Position numbers and translations under genes: made by a program | In this document: piece after piece, positions 1-12,900 of the stretch | How positions within the stretch are numbered: position 1 is the stretch's first letter | Layout: each line of letters starts with the position of its first letter | The notes under the pieces: generated by a model | Seen by the model: only the letters and a program-made list of their open reading frames with translations | Databases searched by the model: none | Told to the model about the DNA's origin: nothing | Assembly (NCBI GenBank): GCA_043228905.1 | Contig: JBHGNT010000012.1 | Span: 11,718,001 to 11,782,000 of the forward strand | Length of the DNA stretch: 64,000 nt | From: Azolla caroliniana | Lineage: Eukaryota > Plantae > Polypodiophyta | Reading direction: 5' to 3'

Positions 1-668
1 TAATTTTCCTCTCTAATCCTTTGCTACTTGCGCATAGGCAAAACAACCAAATACCCTTAAATGCTGGTACGACACGTCTTTTGCCGGTCCATAACCTTTG
101 TGGAATATCTCCGTCCAAGGGTACCAAGGGTGATTTGTTTATCATGTAAACCACTATTATTAACACCTCAGCCCAAAACTTCTTGGAAAATTTTGCATGT
201 GCAAGCTTGCTCTGGACTCTCTCCACGATGGTCTAGTTCATCCTTTCGGTCAACCTGTTAAGCTCTGGCATCTTCGACATGGTGTATTTGAACCAGATTC
301 CCTTCGACTGACAATACTCCTCAAACTACCCTCAGTATTCTCCTCCATTATCCGCTCGAATCACTTTCAATTCCCGGTCGGTTTCTCTCTTGGCTCTCGT
401 TTGGAACTCTTTGAGGACGGATAATCTGGTCTTTCATCTTCAGAATGGAAGCTCACAACTTCCGACTATAGTCATCTATGAAGATCATAAAATATTGTGA
501 ACCGACATGTGACTTAGTGTCCACATAACATACGTCCGTATGCACGAGTTCCACCGGCATCTTCTTCCTCATCGGGGGCCAGGAACGGAAGGAGGCTTTG
601 TTCTACTTGTCCACCAAGCAATTGGTATACTTGTTAAGATGCACCTTCTTTATCTCCGTTATGAGATT
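1..668 (-). mobile_element. Ty1/copia element A, integrase region (degenerate; continues off the left edge)
   Basis: Minus strand encodes copia GAG-pre-integrase/integrase (ELVHTDVCYVDTKSH, FIDDY-like). It rejoins 18119 onward (GMRKLAEENL|ITEIKKVHL) once element B and one AGATT TSD are removed. Confidence 0.9.
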
Positions 669-1208
669 TGTTAGGAATTGACCGGCCAGAACTGGTTGCA
701 CGTTCGTATTCGTGTGTAGAAACCAAGAATTAGTACACAGACACAAACGTGAAGACACACACAGAAACATAGATGTTTTATGTGGAAAACCAGAAATGGG
801 AAAAACCACAGGGGTCCACAAACCCCGAGAGAAACATATCACTATAGTAGAGAGGAAGTACAAAATACGGAACTCGGAGGCAACGACCTCGAGTTCTCCT
901 TCGTCTGACAGACAGTTACAAAGTCACACTCTCACTCACGGTTTCAGAGGCAACTAACTCATTCTAACTTTACAATAATGATCAACTACTATTTACTAAA
1001 GTTTGCCCTAGTTGCTTATAAACAAAAGCAACTTTCTAGCTATTTACAAGCATAGCCCACAAGGGGCATTTTAGACTATTTACAATTATAGTCTTCTGAA
1101 ACGATTTTGATTTTTGATTTTGGTTTTTGATTTAGATTTAGATTTTGGTTTGAGATACTCACCCACACGATATTTACCTTCCCATCCGGAGGGACATATT
1201 TCCCAACA
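669..1208 (-). repeat. 3' LTR of copia B
   Basis: Homologous to 17613-18118; next to the PPT; has an expanded (TTTTGA/TTTAGA) micro-repeat at ~1103-1150. Confidence 0.93.
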
Positions 1209-1651
1209 AACTCCCCCTTCAGTCCAGCATGGGGTACTTCACCAAACCGGCTCTCTGTCGGCACACGTTTAGCTTTTCGGCTGAGAGCACCTTCGTCAGT
1301 ATATCCTATCCGCTTTCGGCCATGTGGATCTTCACTAGAGCAAACTCCTTTTCTTCTACTCGCTCTTGGAGCCAATGATATCTTCTCTGGATGTGTTTGT
1401 TCCTCGAGTGGTAGGCAACATTTTTCGCAAGGTGGATGGTACTCTGGTTATCACAATAGAGTTGGAATTCCTCCTGCCGAATTCCCAGCTCACCGATAAA
1501 CTCCTTCATCTATATGATTTCCTTGCCTGCTTCCACTACGGCCATATATTCGGCTTCCGTGATCGAAAGCGCCACGGCCTTCTGCAAGCTCGACTACCAC
1601 AAAACAATTCCCCCTGCATAACTCATTACGTACCTGGACGTGGATCGGCTA

Positions 1652-2106
1652 TATTATAGATCTTGGTACTAACGTAAGCTTAAGATAAGGATAATGAAAA
1701 GATAGATAGAAAGGAGAAAGAGAAAGAAGGGTGCCGATCCACCCGACCACCCCCGAGCGAAGGGATCGAGACGGACTCGAGCCTCGATCGGCGTCCCATA
1801 CCACCGCCGTGGCGTCGAGTCGTACCTGGTGCTGGCGCGCTCGCTACAAGAGTTGACCCACCACACGAGCAGAGTCTCGATGTAGTCAAAAGATGATCAA
1901 ATGAGGGTAGCTAGGCCTCTTATTTATAGCGAAACCCAAGGCCCCCAGGCAAGTTCACACTTGACCTAATGGGTTGTCTCAATCCCGAGGATTAAAAGTA
2001 ATCCTCCCCTTCTTTACACTCTCATTTAACCCTCACACTTATCCACGTGTATAGAATACTACGGTAAATTCTTACCACGGGATATTATATGGTCATGCCC
2101 GTAACA
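1652..2106 (-). repeat. 3' LTR of young chromovirus (TG..TA ends)
   Basis: Direct repeat of 8212-8666; PPT AAAGAGGGGGAGTA at 2107-2120. Confidence 0.97.
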
Positions 2107-5100
2107 TACTCCCCCTCTTTAAAACATTGCACTCTTGCAATGGAAAGTTAGGGAAGTTAGTTCTAAGAGTATTTTCGCGTTCCCATGTGGCATCTTTTAT
2201 TGATTTATCCATCCATTTTATTTTGAATTCTCGGATTTCTTTAGTACGTAATTTTTTTGTTTTAACATCGAGAATTCTTTCTGGTACATGTGGTTTAGAA
2301 GATAATTCTTCAGAAGTAACCAGAGTTTCAGTCGTAACTGTATTGTCGCCAGAACCTAGAAGTTCTTTTAGACGACTCACATGAAAGACTGGATGAATTC
2401 CGACACCATCGGGAAGAGCGAGACGATAGGCTGATGACCCAATGCGTTTGACTGTAAAAGGTCCACAAAACCGTGGGGCTAACTTAGCGCACTTACCCGT
2501 AGACAATGTCTTAGAATTGTGAGGTACACGTAAAAATACCTTCTGTCCAGGGTTGAATACACGAGGTTGCCTATGATGATCGGCATAAAAACGCGCTCTA
2601 TCTTGAGCTGTTTTTATATTATCTCGTGCAATATGCAACATATCTTGCATATCCCGAAGAAAGTTTTGCGTACTTCGCAACTCATCATGATGTATATTAA
2701 CATCAATCGGGGCTCGTGGCTGAAAACCATACATCAACATAAAAGGACTATATCCCGTCGACGTATGCTTGGAGCTGTTATAAGCAAACTCCAAAATTGG
2801 GAGATAACGTTCCCATTTTGTTGGTTTTGCACCAACGTATGCTCGAAGCATGTCCTCAATAATTTGATTTACTCGTTCTGTCTGTCCATCGGATTGAGGA
2901 TGATCCGTGGAGCTCATGCTCAACGTAGTTTCTAACTTCTTAAAGACTTGTGTCCAGAAGTCACTAGTAAACTTTGGATCTCGATCACTCACGATATCCA
3001 TCGGTAACCCATAAAAACGAAACAATTCGTCAACAAATTGGTAAGCCAATTCAGGAGCTGTTACCGTGGTTTTAGTAGCAATAAATCTGGCCATTTTAGT
3101 TAGTCGATCAACGACAACCCAGATGGCATCATGACCTTTTTGGGTGCGAGGAAGACTAACAATAAAATCCATGGATATACTTTCCCACTTATTATTGGGA
3201 ATGTCCAAGGGATGTAAAAGTCCTGCGGCTTTAAGTCGCTCGACTTTGTTAACCTGACACTGGTGACATTTAGTCACATAGCTATGTATGTCAGGACGCA
3301 TCTTAGGCCAATAAAATTGAGTGGAGATGAGAACGAGTGTACGATGTATTCCAGGGTGCCCTGCTGAGGGTGCATCATGGCATTCAAAAAGAATCCTCTT
3401 TTTGACCTCGGGTAAATCTGGAACACAAACCTTCCCATTACGGTAGAGCAAACCGTTAGCAATGTGGAAGTATTCCTTCAAGGATGTGGTGGTGTCTGTT
3501 CCAGACTCAACTCTAGCCCAGTATTTTGCGAAATAACTGTCATCAGGATACTTTCCTCGAAGGTGATCATAAAGATCTAATGATATTTCAGTGAAGCTAA
3601 GCGTGTTAACTTCACGGATGCGACTTAGTGCATCAGCGACAATGTTCATGGAACCTTTACGATATCGTATAGAAAAATCAATGTCCTGGATGAGATCAGC
3701 CCATCGTGCCTTACGACCTTTCAGGTCTTGTTGGTCACAAAAATATTTCAAGGACTCGTGGTCCGTAGTTACCACAAAGTGATTTCCATAAAGATAATGG
3801 CGCCATGTTTTGAGCGCATGTATAACTGCAAATAATTCCTTTTCTTGAACGGTATACCGACATTGAGCAGAATCAAGTTTCTTACTCTCGAATGCTATTG
3901 GTTTACCATCTTGATACAAGACAGCACCTATAGCATAATCGCTTGCATCGGTTTCAACCTCAAAAGGTTTTGAAGGATCAGGTAAAAGAAGTGAAGGAGC
4001 CTTGCAAACTAGGTCCTTGAGTTCCTTAAATGCAAGGTCTAGTGTAGCATTCCACACAATAGTTTTTGTAGACTTACGCGTTTGACCTTTTAAAAGATCA
4101 GTAAACGGCATCGTCAATTGGGAGTAATTACGAAGAGACTTTCGCAAAAACCCCACAAAACCAAGGAATGATCGAACTTCTCGAATATTCCGAAGAGTGG
4201 GCCAAAGCTTGATTTTCTCAATGCGAGAAGGATCAATTTCAACTCCTCGTTCGGTTATGAGATGTCCTAGATAAGTAATTGATTTCTTGAAGAACTCACA
4301 TTTTGAGATCTTCGCATAAAACTGTTTGTCACGCAATGTTTGTAAAACAAAGCGGACATGTCTAGCATGTTCTTGTAATGTACGGCTATAAACTAAAATA
4401 TCATCCAAGAAAATAACGACAAATTTTCCAAGTTGTTCTCGGAAAATGTCATTCATTTCTTGTTGAAAAGTAGCCGGAGCATTGGTCAAACCAAAAGGCA
4501 TAACCAAAAACTCGTAATGGCCATAGCGCGTACGAAATGCCGTTTTAGGAACATCGTCCTCACTTATTCGTATTTGATGGTAGCCAGTACGGAGATCAAG
4601 TTTCGTAAAATACCGAGCTCCCTGGAGACGGTCAATTAGATCGTCAGCCCGGGGCAATGGATACGAATTCTTGATCGTCACTTTATTCAAGCGTCGGTAA
4701 TTAATACACATACGCCATGTGCCCTCTTTCTTTTTAACCAAGAGAACTGGTGCACCCCATGGAGATTTACTATAACGTATATAACCCACTCGTAAATAGT
4801 CCTTGAGTTGCTTAGATACCTCATCTTCTTCGGATCGACTTAAGCGATACGGAGGTATACTTATTGGTGCAACACCAGGTACAATATCTATACGATGGTC
4901 TATATTACATTTAGGAGGTAACCCATCAGGTAGTTCACTTGGAAAAACATCATGAAAATCATTTAAGATTTCATCAAGTTGTTGTTGTTCAAAATATGTT
5001 AATTGAATCGGGACATTATCGATATTGTAAACGTGAATGTCCGGATCAAGTACACAATAAAATAACGTAGAACAAGACAACTCGGATATTGATGGACACG

Positions 5101-6523
5101 AGGAAACAATCGAGAGGGATTGTTTTTTTACACATTGAATAAAATGCGTACAATCGTTCAGTACAAAAGAAATGGAATGACAAACCCAATCAATAAATAA
5201 AGAAGAGTTTTTATTATAAAACCAGGGATAACCCAGTATTACATCGGTGGTACAAAGATTCATTACATGGAAGTCTACTTCCTCTATATAAGTATCAATA
5301 GAAATTCCTAATGAATGAATCGCCCCGTTGATGTATTGTACTCTTCCATTAGCCAAGTGCACCGTGTAGGTGTGATCACTTACGGTGGGTTGGATTCCCC
5401 ATATCTGAACCAAACGATCATTCACAAAATTGTGTGAGCTTCCCGAATCAAATAAAAACTGTACGGGAGATCCATTGATATACCCGTTTGCACGTAGTAA
5501 ATCATTGGGACCCAATACATAGTGAGGGAAAGAACATTGACAATTACTTAAATGATGTGTATAGACCTGAAGGACATTAGGAATCTGACCTTTATGGTCT
5601 GCAACTTTAGCTTTGTTGTCGTGCTCTTTCCGTTGGAGCTTTCGACATTGATCTTTTGTATGACCCTTCTTTTTGCAGAATACACAAAAAGGATGTTGTC
5701 GCTTACAATCGCGATCCAGGAATTTGTTGGGTGTCTTGCGTTTCCCAACAAATTGCGACTGCTTAGTCCCGGGCGCTTCGTTGGGTTTGTTATGGTCCTT
5801 CTTCGAAGTGCGTTGATAGCGAAGAACTATTTCAACGGCCTCTTCGAAGGATTTTGGATCCTTATCGTGCACTATCCAGTGATAGTCCGAATTGGGGATG
5901 CCATTGACAAAACAAGCTATCAACCAATTGTTCCCTTCTAGACCCGATTTTTGGATTTGGGTTCTAGCATGGTGAACATAGTCTTCTAGCGAGGAAAATT
6001 TCCTGCTAGAGAGGTTCATTAAAGCTTGTGCTGCCTCGGTTCGAGAGGGAGGTTGCAGAAATTGGCCCTTAAAAACCGTGACAAAATCTGTCCAGGTATC
6101 AGGCAATTTCCCCATAGTACGGAGGCCACGCCACCAGGCGGCGGCCTTACCCCCGAGTTCTCGGCCGACATATGCAATCTTCGTACTATCTGGCGTGGGA
6201 TAGAGCTCAAAATGAGACTCCCATCGTCCCAGCCATGTGCAGATTGCTTCTTCGGTTCTTTCCTTTTTGTCTCCCGTAAATGGCTTAACGACAAATGATG
6301 GTTCACCTTGTCGCTCATCAGGTCTATTAGTCTCACGTTGTAGACTAATGACACGTGCCTCAAGAGCACTCTGAGATTGCCGAAGTTCGGTCATCTGTTG
6401 AGCGGTGAAACTAAGGTATTGGGTTATTTGTGCCAAATACATCTCAGTGGACATTTGTCCAGGAGGATTCCCTTGAGTTCCTTTCGCTTGAGCGGACGAC
6501 ATCGGGTCGTTAATTTGAGCCAT
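2093..6523 (-). CDS. Gag-Pol polyprotein (Gag, Zn knuckle, protease, RT, RNase H, integrase, chromodomain), 1476 aa
   Basis: [14 protein letters not shown] knuckle; [10 protein letters not shown] protease; FLDDIL RT; [11 protein letters not shown] RNase H; HHCC plus SMDFI/VSDRD/GQTER integrase; GPF motif; PERILD..EFKIKW..DATWE chromodomain. Confidence 0.97.
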   Translation of the reverse strand: MAQINDPMSSAQAKGTQGNPPGQMSTEMYLAQITQYLSFTAQQMTELRQSQSALEARVISLQRETNRPDERQGEPSFVVKPFTGDKKERTEEAICTWLGRWESHFELYPTPDSTKIAYVGRELGGKAAAWWRGLRTMGKLPDTWTDFVTVFKGQFLQPPSRTEAAQALMNLSSRKFSSLEDYVHHARTQIQKSGLEGNNWLIACFVNGIPNSDYHWIVHDKDPKSFEEAVEIVLRYQRTSKKDHNKPNEAPGTKQSQFVGKRKTPNKFLDRDCKRQHPFCVFCKKKGHTKDQCRKLQRKEHDNKAKVADHKGQIPNVLQVYTHHLSNCQCSFPHYVLGPNDLLRANGYINGSPVQFLFDSGSSHNFVNDRLVQIWGIQPTVSDHTYTVHLANGRVQYINGAIHSLGISIDTYIEEVDFHVMNLCTTDVILGYPWFYNKNSSLFIDWVCHSISFVLNDCTHFIQCVKKQSLSIVSSCPSISELSCSTLFYCVLDPDIHVYNIDNVPIQLTYFEQQQLDEILNDFHDVFPSELPDGLPPKCNIDHRIDIVPGVAPISIPPYRLSRSEEDEVSKQLKDYLRVGYIRYSKSPWGAPVLLVKKKEGTWRMCINYRRLNKVTIKNSYPLPRADDLIDRLQGARYFTKLDLRTGYHQIRISEDDVPKTAFRTRYGHYEFLVMPFGLTNAPATFQQEMNDIFREQLGKFVVIFLDDILVYSRTLQEHARHVRFVLQTLRDKQFYAKISKCEFFKKSITYLGHLITERGVEIDPSRIEKIKLWPTLRNIREVRSFLGFVGFLRKSLRNYSQLTMPFTDLLKGQTRKSTKTIVWNATLDLAFKELKDLVCKAPSLLLPDPSKPFEVETDASDYAIGAVLYQDGKPIAFESKKLDSAQCRYTVQEKELFAVIHALKTWRHYLYGNHFVVTTDHESLKYFCDQQDLKGRKARWADLIQDIDFSIRYRKGSMNIVADALSRIREVNTLSFTEISLDLYDHLRGKYPDDSYFAKYWARVESGTDTTTSLKEYFHIANGLLYRNGKVCVPDLPEVKKRILFECHDAPSAGHPGIHRTLVLISTQFYWPKMRPDIHSYVTKCHQCQVNKVERLKAAGLLHPLDIPNNKWESISMDFIVSLPRTQKGHDAIWVVVDRLTKMARFIATKTTVTAPELAYQFVDELFRFYGLPMDIVSDRDPKFTSDFWTQVFKKLETTLSMSSTDHPQSDGQTERVNQIIEDMLRAYVGAKPTKWERYLPILEFAYNSSKHTSTGYSPFMLMYGFQPRAPIDVNIHHDELRSTQNFLRDMQDMLHIARDNIKTAQDRARFYADHHRQPRVFNPGQKVFLRVPHNSKTLSTGKCAKLAPRFCGPFTVKRIGSSAYRLALPDGVGIHPVFHVSRLKELLGSGDNTVTTETLVTSEELSSKPHVPERILDVKTKKLRTKEIREFKIKWMDKSIKDATWERENTLRTNFPNFPLQECNVLKRGSMLRA

Positions 6524-7699
6524 TAAAGATTATTTCTGGAAAAGAAATAGGATAAGGTCAGAGATATAGTCATAACAGCATGTCGTGATGTAAACATATC
6601 ATGGGCGAGCATTAATCGATATCATTATCTCACGTCAATACCCCTCTAGACGTATGAGATGAGGTTCAAGATCAGGTTACTATGGTAACACAAAGGTGTT
6701 TTAAAAACCATGGGGGTGACAAATAAATGTCTTTCCCTGATCTCTATATCAATTTTTTCACGGTGGCTCCCCGAGGCTCAACCATGTATGTTCGCGTCAT
6801 GAATAGTTTATACACGAAAAAAAATGTTAACAATAAACTATGTTTCGGTGCCCACATAAGTGGTTTCGGCTCTTTAAGTCCTATTACGAGGACCCCGAGG
6901 TGCACTTAGACCTTAAGTCTAAACATGTGTTATAGTCATATGTATCAAGGATGTTGTATGGTCTTGGTCATATTTGAAGTCGAGACCTCGAGAACAAATA
7001 CATTAAACACTTGAGCCAACCAAGTAAGTTGCTCTTCTCGAATGCTTAATGTTTGATGCGTATAAGAGATATGCGAGGCAATTGATCATATATGTTTTTT
7101 TAAAAGAACATATATGTCAAGGTCCTTATTTCGCCCTCATTTACCAAAACTATGTTGATACGTTACCTAACCTCAAGTCTCGTAATTACGATGGCATATG
7201 CCAAAGGGCAACCTAATGGTCAAGCCAAATGAGCCCTCGTTTCGTAGTAGGCTCACGTGGGCCATCACATGGTCACGTCATTACGAATGCCTCTCGTAAG
7301 AACGAGCTCATGGTGGCATCGTATCCATGTAACGAGGGAGGGATGTTGGATACGTGCGTCATTGGAGCGACCTCACTTGAAGTGGGTCAAGCCCTACGTA
7401 CTCAACATCATTTTGGCTATTCGCGTTTCTTTACGTAACGAAATCGAGGTCGTCAACGGGGTTATCAACAATAAAAAAATGTTGAAAAAGGGATGGTGAC
7501 AACGCCATTCTCACAAAAATGTGAGGACGGCCACCAACATCCTTTTCCCGACAAGGACAACTTTCGATATAATCACGTAATAACGAATATACACATATGT
7601 TTACTTATCACATATATACGATCAAATACGTATATATGTGACCACATATGCCTATATTAAACATATCGTTATATTAAATAGCCACAAATGATGTGATCG

Positions 7700-7965
7700 A
7701 GATACGTAATCGAGGTATATACCTCTACGCACACGAAACATCCACAAATAAGAGATCATCGTAATACGCAATGGAGGTATTGACCTCTTACGCATACGAG
7801 ACCAAATGCATATCGTTTACAACAAATCAAGGTATTAAACTCATACGCAAACGTAACATATGTTCGTGAACGTAATACGTAATTGAGGTATTAACCTCGT
7901 ACGCATACGACACTCATCACATATTATCAATATGTCAAACGAGGTATTGACCTCGTGCACATATG
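7700..7965. repeat. Degenerate tandem array of GAGGT-N4-ACCTC hairpin units in the chromovirus 5' UTR
   Basis: Five units spaced ~55-62 bp, core GAGGTATT(G/A)ACCTC.TACGCA; homologous array at ~20860-21060. Confidence 0.75.
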
Positions 7966-8199
7966 TAAACGTTTTAGATAATCAATTAAAGACCACTACA
8001 ACATCATTGACTTAATGAAAAAAATTACATATAAACTAAACACATGATTAGATGGGAGAAGAGAGAATAGAAAGAAAAATTATGGAAAGAGTTACCGAAG
8101 TTCTTTGTTGATCGTTGTCTGGATCAAGGCCAACCGCACAACGATCGATCAGCATCAATCAAAAGACAAATGAAAAACAAAGAAACATTAGTACAAAAA

Positions 8200-8209
8200 T
8201 CTGATACCA
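8200..8209 (-). promoter_or_regulatory. Primer-binding site (tRNA-iMet)
   Basis: TGGTATCAGA, 2 nt inside the 5' LTR. Confidence 0.9.
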
Positions 8210-8211
8210 AA

Positions 8212-8666
8212 TATTATAGATCTTGATACTAACGTAAGCTTAAGATAAGGATAATGAAAAGATAGATAGAAAGGAGAAAGAGAAAGAAGGGTGCCGATCC
8301 ACCCGACCACCCCCGAGCGAAGGGATCGAGACGGACTCGAGCCTCGATCGGCGTCCCATACCACCGCCGTGGCGTCGAGTCGTACCTGGTGCTGGCGCGC
8401 TCGCTACAAGAGTTGACCCACCACACGAGCAGAGTCTCGATGTAGTCAAAAGATGATCAAATGAGGGTAGCTAGGCCTCTTATTTATAGCGAAACCCAAG
8501 GCCCCCAGGCAAGTTCACACTTGACCTAATGGGTTGTCTCAATCCCGAGGATTAAAAGTAATCCTCCCCTTCTTTACACTCTCATTTAACCCTCACACTT
8601 ATCCACGTGTATAGAATACTACGGTAAATTCTTACCACGGGATATTATATGGTCATGCCCGTAACA
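8212..8666 (-). repeat. 5' LTR of young chromovirus
   Basis: Direct repeat of 1652-2106; followed by the PBS. Confidence 0.97.
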
Positions 8667-9240
8667 GGCTAGTATCCACATCAACCGACATGTCCGAGTC
8701 AATATAACCTTCTAGTGTGGGGTTACATGAAACGAAACAAAGACACATGCTCAAGGTGCCTTTTAGGAACTGAAATATCCACTTCATGGTAGCCCAATGC
8801 TCTCTTCCAAGGTTGCTCATATATTGGCTAACCATGCCGACTGCATATCCTATGTCCGGCCTGGTGCATACTATCGCGTACATCAGGCTTCCGATTGCCG
8901 AGGCATAAGGAACCTTTGACATCTCGGCCTTCTCGGCTTTGGATTTCAGACATTGTTCTTTGCTTACCTTGTAGTTCGTCGGCAAAGTCGAGCCGACCGG
9001 TTTCACGCTTTCCATGCCGAATCTCTGGAGCACCTTTGTCACGTATTTTTCTTGTGACAGAAACAACAATTTCTTTGTTCGATCTCGAACAATGTGCATA
9101 CCTAGGATTTGCTTTGCTAGACCCATATCCTTCATCGAGAATGATCTGCTCAAGGCTTTCTTCAACACTCAGATCTGTTAGGAAACAGGTCCCTCCGGAT
9201 GGGAAGTGAGAAGAACAGTACTGATGAGTAAACTCAGCCG

Positions 9241-9420
9241 AAACCGAATGAGGAGTACCCGTCTACGGAAGACCCGGTGAGAACCGGATGAGGAGTACCC
9301 GGCTAAAGAAGACCCGGTGAGAACCGGATGACGAGTACCCGGCTACGGAAGATCCAGTGAGAACCGGATGACGAGTACCCGGCTACGGAACCCGGTGAGA
9401 ACCGGATGAGGAGTACCCGG
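9241..9420 (+). repeat. 40-bp tandem repeat (~4.5 copies) in U3 of the copia C 5' LTR
   Basis: Unit GAACCGGATGAGGAGTACCCGGCTACGGAAGACCCGGTGA; same array at ~14028-14210 in the 3' LTR. Confidence 0.92.
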
Positions 9421-9939
9421 CAAGAGCCGGATGATGAAGGCCCGGTGAGAAGTGCTCACCGGATGAAGGGACATATTCGTAAATATGTTTTCTGAGAGTC
9501 CATCGGGGCTATATTTGTAAATAGCCGAAAAGTCATATTAGTATACATATGACTTACGGCAAACTTAGAGGTTGTTGTTGTCATTCTTGTTGGTGCAAGA
9601 CTAGAGAGCGCGCAACAGTGTACAGAGAGAGAGAGAGAGAGAGGAAGAGGTCGTTGCCTCTGTTGTAACTGCCGCCTGTGGCGAAGATTGTGAGCACGAG
9701 GTCGTTGCCTCCGTGACCTCACTGTTGTAATCATTGTGATATAGTGATAGTTTGGAGTCAGTGGACTCCCGTGGTTTTTCCCTCTCAGGGTTTTCCACGT
9801 TAAACATCTTGTGTACTCTTCTCTACTTTGTGTCGTGTCTTCTTTTATTCCCCGTTTTCGTGTTTGATTCTAACCTCGGTTGTGGCCGAGCGTTGTTCAT
9901 CGGAGCGTGTAGTTCCTGTCAAAGTGGTATCAGAGCGAA

Positions 9940-12900
9940 ATGACACAGAAAATGGACGAATCGTTGGGAGGCATGTTCAAGCTCACCGGCTCCAACTATT
10001 CGGTGTGGAAGTCGAAGATGAGGGACATGCTCGTGGTTAAAGATCTTTGGTTGCCGGTTCAGTTCGGGGACAAGAGACCGGACAAAATCGACGCCGCGAT
10101 ATGGGAGGTGATGCACATGAAGACAACGACGTACATATGGTGCTTCATCGACATGAGTCTATACAACAACTTCAATGAAGAGAGCAAGGCTCATGAGCTC
10201 TGGGAGAAGATCGACATTATGTTTCAGAACAAAAATGTTGTTATCCAGGTTTCGGTATTCCAGAAGCTAGTAAGACTCTGGTACCAAGATGGCTCCAACA
10301 TGGCGGAGCACATGAATGCCTTCCAGGAGCTAATACACCAGGAAACATCATTGGAAGTACCTCTCGCCGATGAGGTACTAGCGCTACTCCTGCTCGGTTC
10401 CCTCCCGGATAGCTGGGGACGTTGGTTGTCACTTTGGAAAATGGTTATCCCTACCAAAAGTGAAGTCGAGCTTGCTAGATGAGGAGGCGCGTCGGAAATA
10501 TAAGGATACGAGCTCCGACTCCAAAGCGCTCCTTACCGAATCGGAACGCGGAAGACATAGAAATCGTAGTCCCTAGAACCGGGAAAAGTCAGGGACACGG
10601 TCAAAGTCAAGGGGGAGGCCTACTTGCTTCTATTGCGGCAAGCCGGGACACTTCCAAAAAAACTGTCGGCACTTCTGAAAGGACAAGGAAACTGACGGCA
10701 CCGATTCGAAGCGGACACCGGACCGAAACGGTAAAGACCGGAGGGGGCTGGACCGAAAGGGAATGACGGCAATCACAGCAAGTGAAGAAGAGTTGATCCT
10801 CATCACCAAGGAGAGTGAGATAAACCTTGCCGGCGACGAGATGACCTAGGTGGTCGACTCCGGAGCGTCGTTCCACCTTACCCCGGACCGGAAATACTTC
10901 TCATCTTACTCTACCGGTGATCAGGCTGTGTCTGGATGGGGAATGAAGGTACATGCCGAATTGTCGGCATAGGAGACGTGTGGTTGACAACGCCAACCGG
11001 ATGCAAGCTGCTGTTGAAGGATGTCCGACACGTTCTGGAGGTTCATCTGAACCTGATATCAGCCGATCGGCTAGATGATGAAGGCTACACGGGTAGCATC
11101 TAGAATGGTGTTATGATGTTCAGCAAAGGGAGCCTGATTGTGGCTCGGGCCCGGAAGGTCAACACGTTGTACCTGATGAATGCCCGGTTATGCCCGGAAG
11201 AAGTGAACGTGACATCTGACACTGCCGATGAGCTGTGGCACAAGAGACTATGTCACATGAGCAAGAAGGGGATGAAGAACGTGAAGAACGTGCACTTGGA
11301 GAAGTGAACTAATTGCTTGGCCGTTAAGCAAAACCGGACCTCCTTCCGACCAAGGCCACCGATGAGACGTAATGCACCACTGGAGTTGGTGCATATTGAT
11401 GTGTGTCAAGTGGACACGAAGTCACATGCAGGATCGCAGTACTTCGTGATGTTCATAGATGACCACAGCCAGAAGCTGTGGGCCACACCGTTGAAGACGA
11501 AGGATCAGGTGTTATCCATCTTCAAAGAGCTCCACGTGAGCGTGGAAAGAGAAACCGGCCGGAAGCTGAAGGCGGTTCGAGCAGATAAGGAGGTGAATAC
11601 CGGGGGCAGTTCGAGGAGTATTGTCGCTCGAAGGGAATCCGGCTCGAATTTACCGTGCTGAAGACGCCAGAACTGAACGTGCTGGCCGAGAGGATGAACC
11701 GGACCATAATGGAGAGGGTCCGGAGTATGTTGGCGCATACAAAACTACCCAAGAAGTTTTGGGCTGAGGCACTGTCGACGGCGACATATGTGATAAACAG
11801 ATCACCCTCAGTACCCTTGGACGGAGACATGCCACAGAGAGTCTGGACCGGTAAGGAAGTGTCCTACCGGCATCTGAAAGTATTCGGGTGTCTTGCGTAC
11901 GTGCATGTTGCTAAGGATCGGAGAGGAAAGTTGGATCCAAAGACCTGGCCATGCATATTCCTCGGTTACAGCGACAATGAGTTCGGCTACTGAGTGTGGA
12001 ACCTGGCCGACAAGAAGGTATTCAGGAGTCGAGATATTATCTTCATGGAGGACAAGACGCTCGTCGACTGGGAGTCGGAGAAGAAGATAATGAACTCCGA
12101 GTTGACCGGTAAGGATCGATTCTACGATGAGCAGACCCAACCGGCAAGAGACCGGTTAGCACTCGAGGAACCAGTCGGTTACGGTGAGGATACCGAACCA
12201 GCAGAAGAAGAAGTAGAGGAAGCTGAAACCGGAACCGGCCAAGGCCCCGAATCGGATTCGGATGAACAGCGAATGGAGGGGTCGGTTATCGAAGCCCAAA
12301 GACGGAGATATCCTCTTAGAGAGAGAAGGGCCCCCCGGAGATTTCCGGATGCAGAGCATTTGCTGCTAACCGATGAGGGGGAGCCAGAAAGCTTCGAAGA
12401 AGCGAAGGATGACACCCACATCCGCAAATGGTTAAGTGCCATGCAGGATGAGATGGATTCCCTGCATGAGAACCATACGTACGAATTGGTGGAGTTGCCA
12501 AAAGGAAAGCGGGCACTCCGAAATAAGTAGGTGTACAAGTTGAAACCGGGAGATGCCGGCAACCCCCCGAGATACAAATCCAGGATCGTGGTGAAGGGGT
12601 TCCTACAGAAGAAGGGCGTGGACTTCGACGAGATATTTGCCCCGATAGTAAAGATGACCTCCATCCGGACGGTGCTAAGTATAGCGGTAAGCATGGACCT
12701 CGAGGTAGAGCAGCTGGACGTGAGGACGGCATTTCTTCACGGTGACCTTGAAGAGGAGATCTACATGCAGCAACCGGAAGGATTCGTGGAGAAAGGGAAG
12801 GAGCACCTGGTCTGCCGGTTGAAGAAGAGCATGTACGGACTGAAGCAGGCTCCCCGACAATGGTACCGGAAGTTCGACTCCTTCATGATCGATCAAGGGT

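Larger units (their letters stand above)
1652..8666 (-). mobile_element. Intact, very young Ty3/gypsy chromovirus
   Basis: 455-bp LTRs at 1652-2106 and 8212-8666 with one visible mismatch; TSD GGCTA at 1647-1651 and 8667-8671; PBS, PPT and an uninterrupted gag-pol ORF. Confidence 0.97.

Noticed and set aside
1669-1889. Short ORFs recurring in chromovirus LTRs (MWWVNSC.., MTTSRL..)
   Set aside because: They recur only because the LTR is repeated; non-ATG starts and no domain.
7700-7965. CRISPR-like repeat/spacer appearance (also the 109-bp and 40-bp arrays)
   Set aside because: Repeats are degenerate or lack unique spacers, sit inside retroelements, and no cas genes are present; the context is eukaryotic.
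8653-9168. 171-aa ORF and other chimeric ORFs (14632, 33975, 52633, 59754) as novel fusion genes
   Set aside because: Read-through across insertion or deletion junctions of decayed elements.
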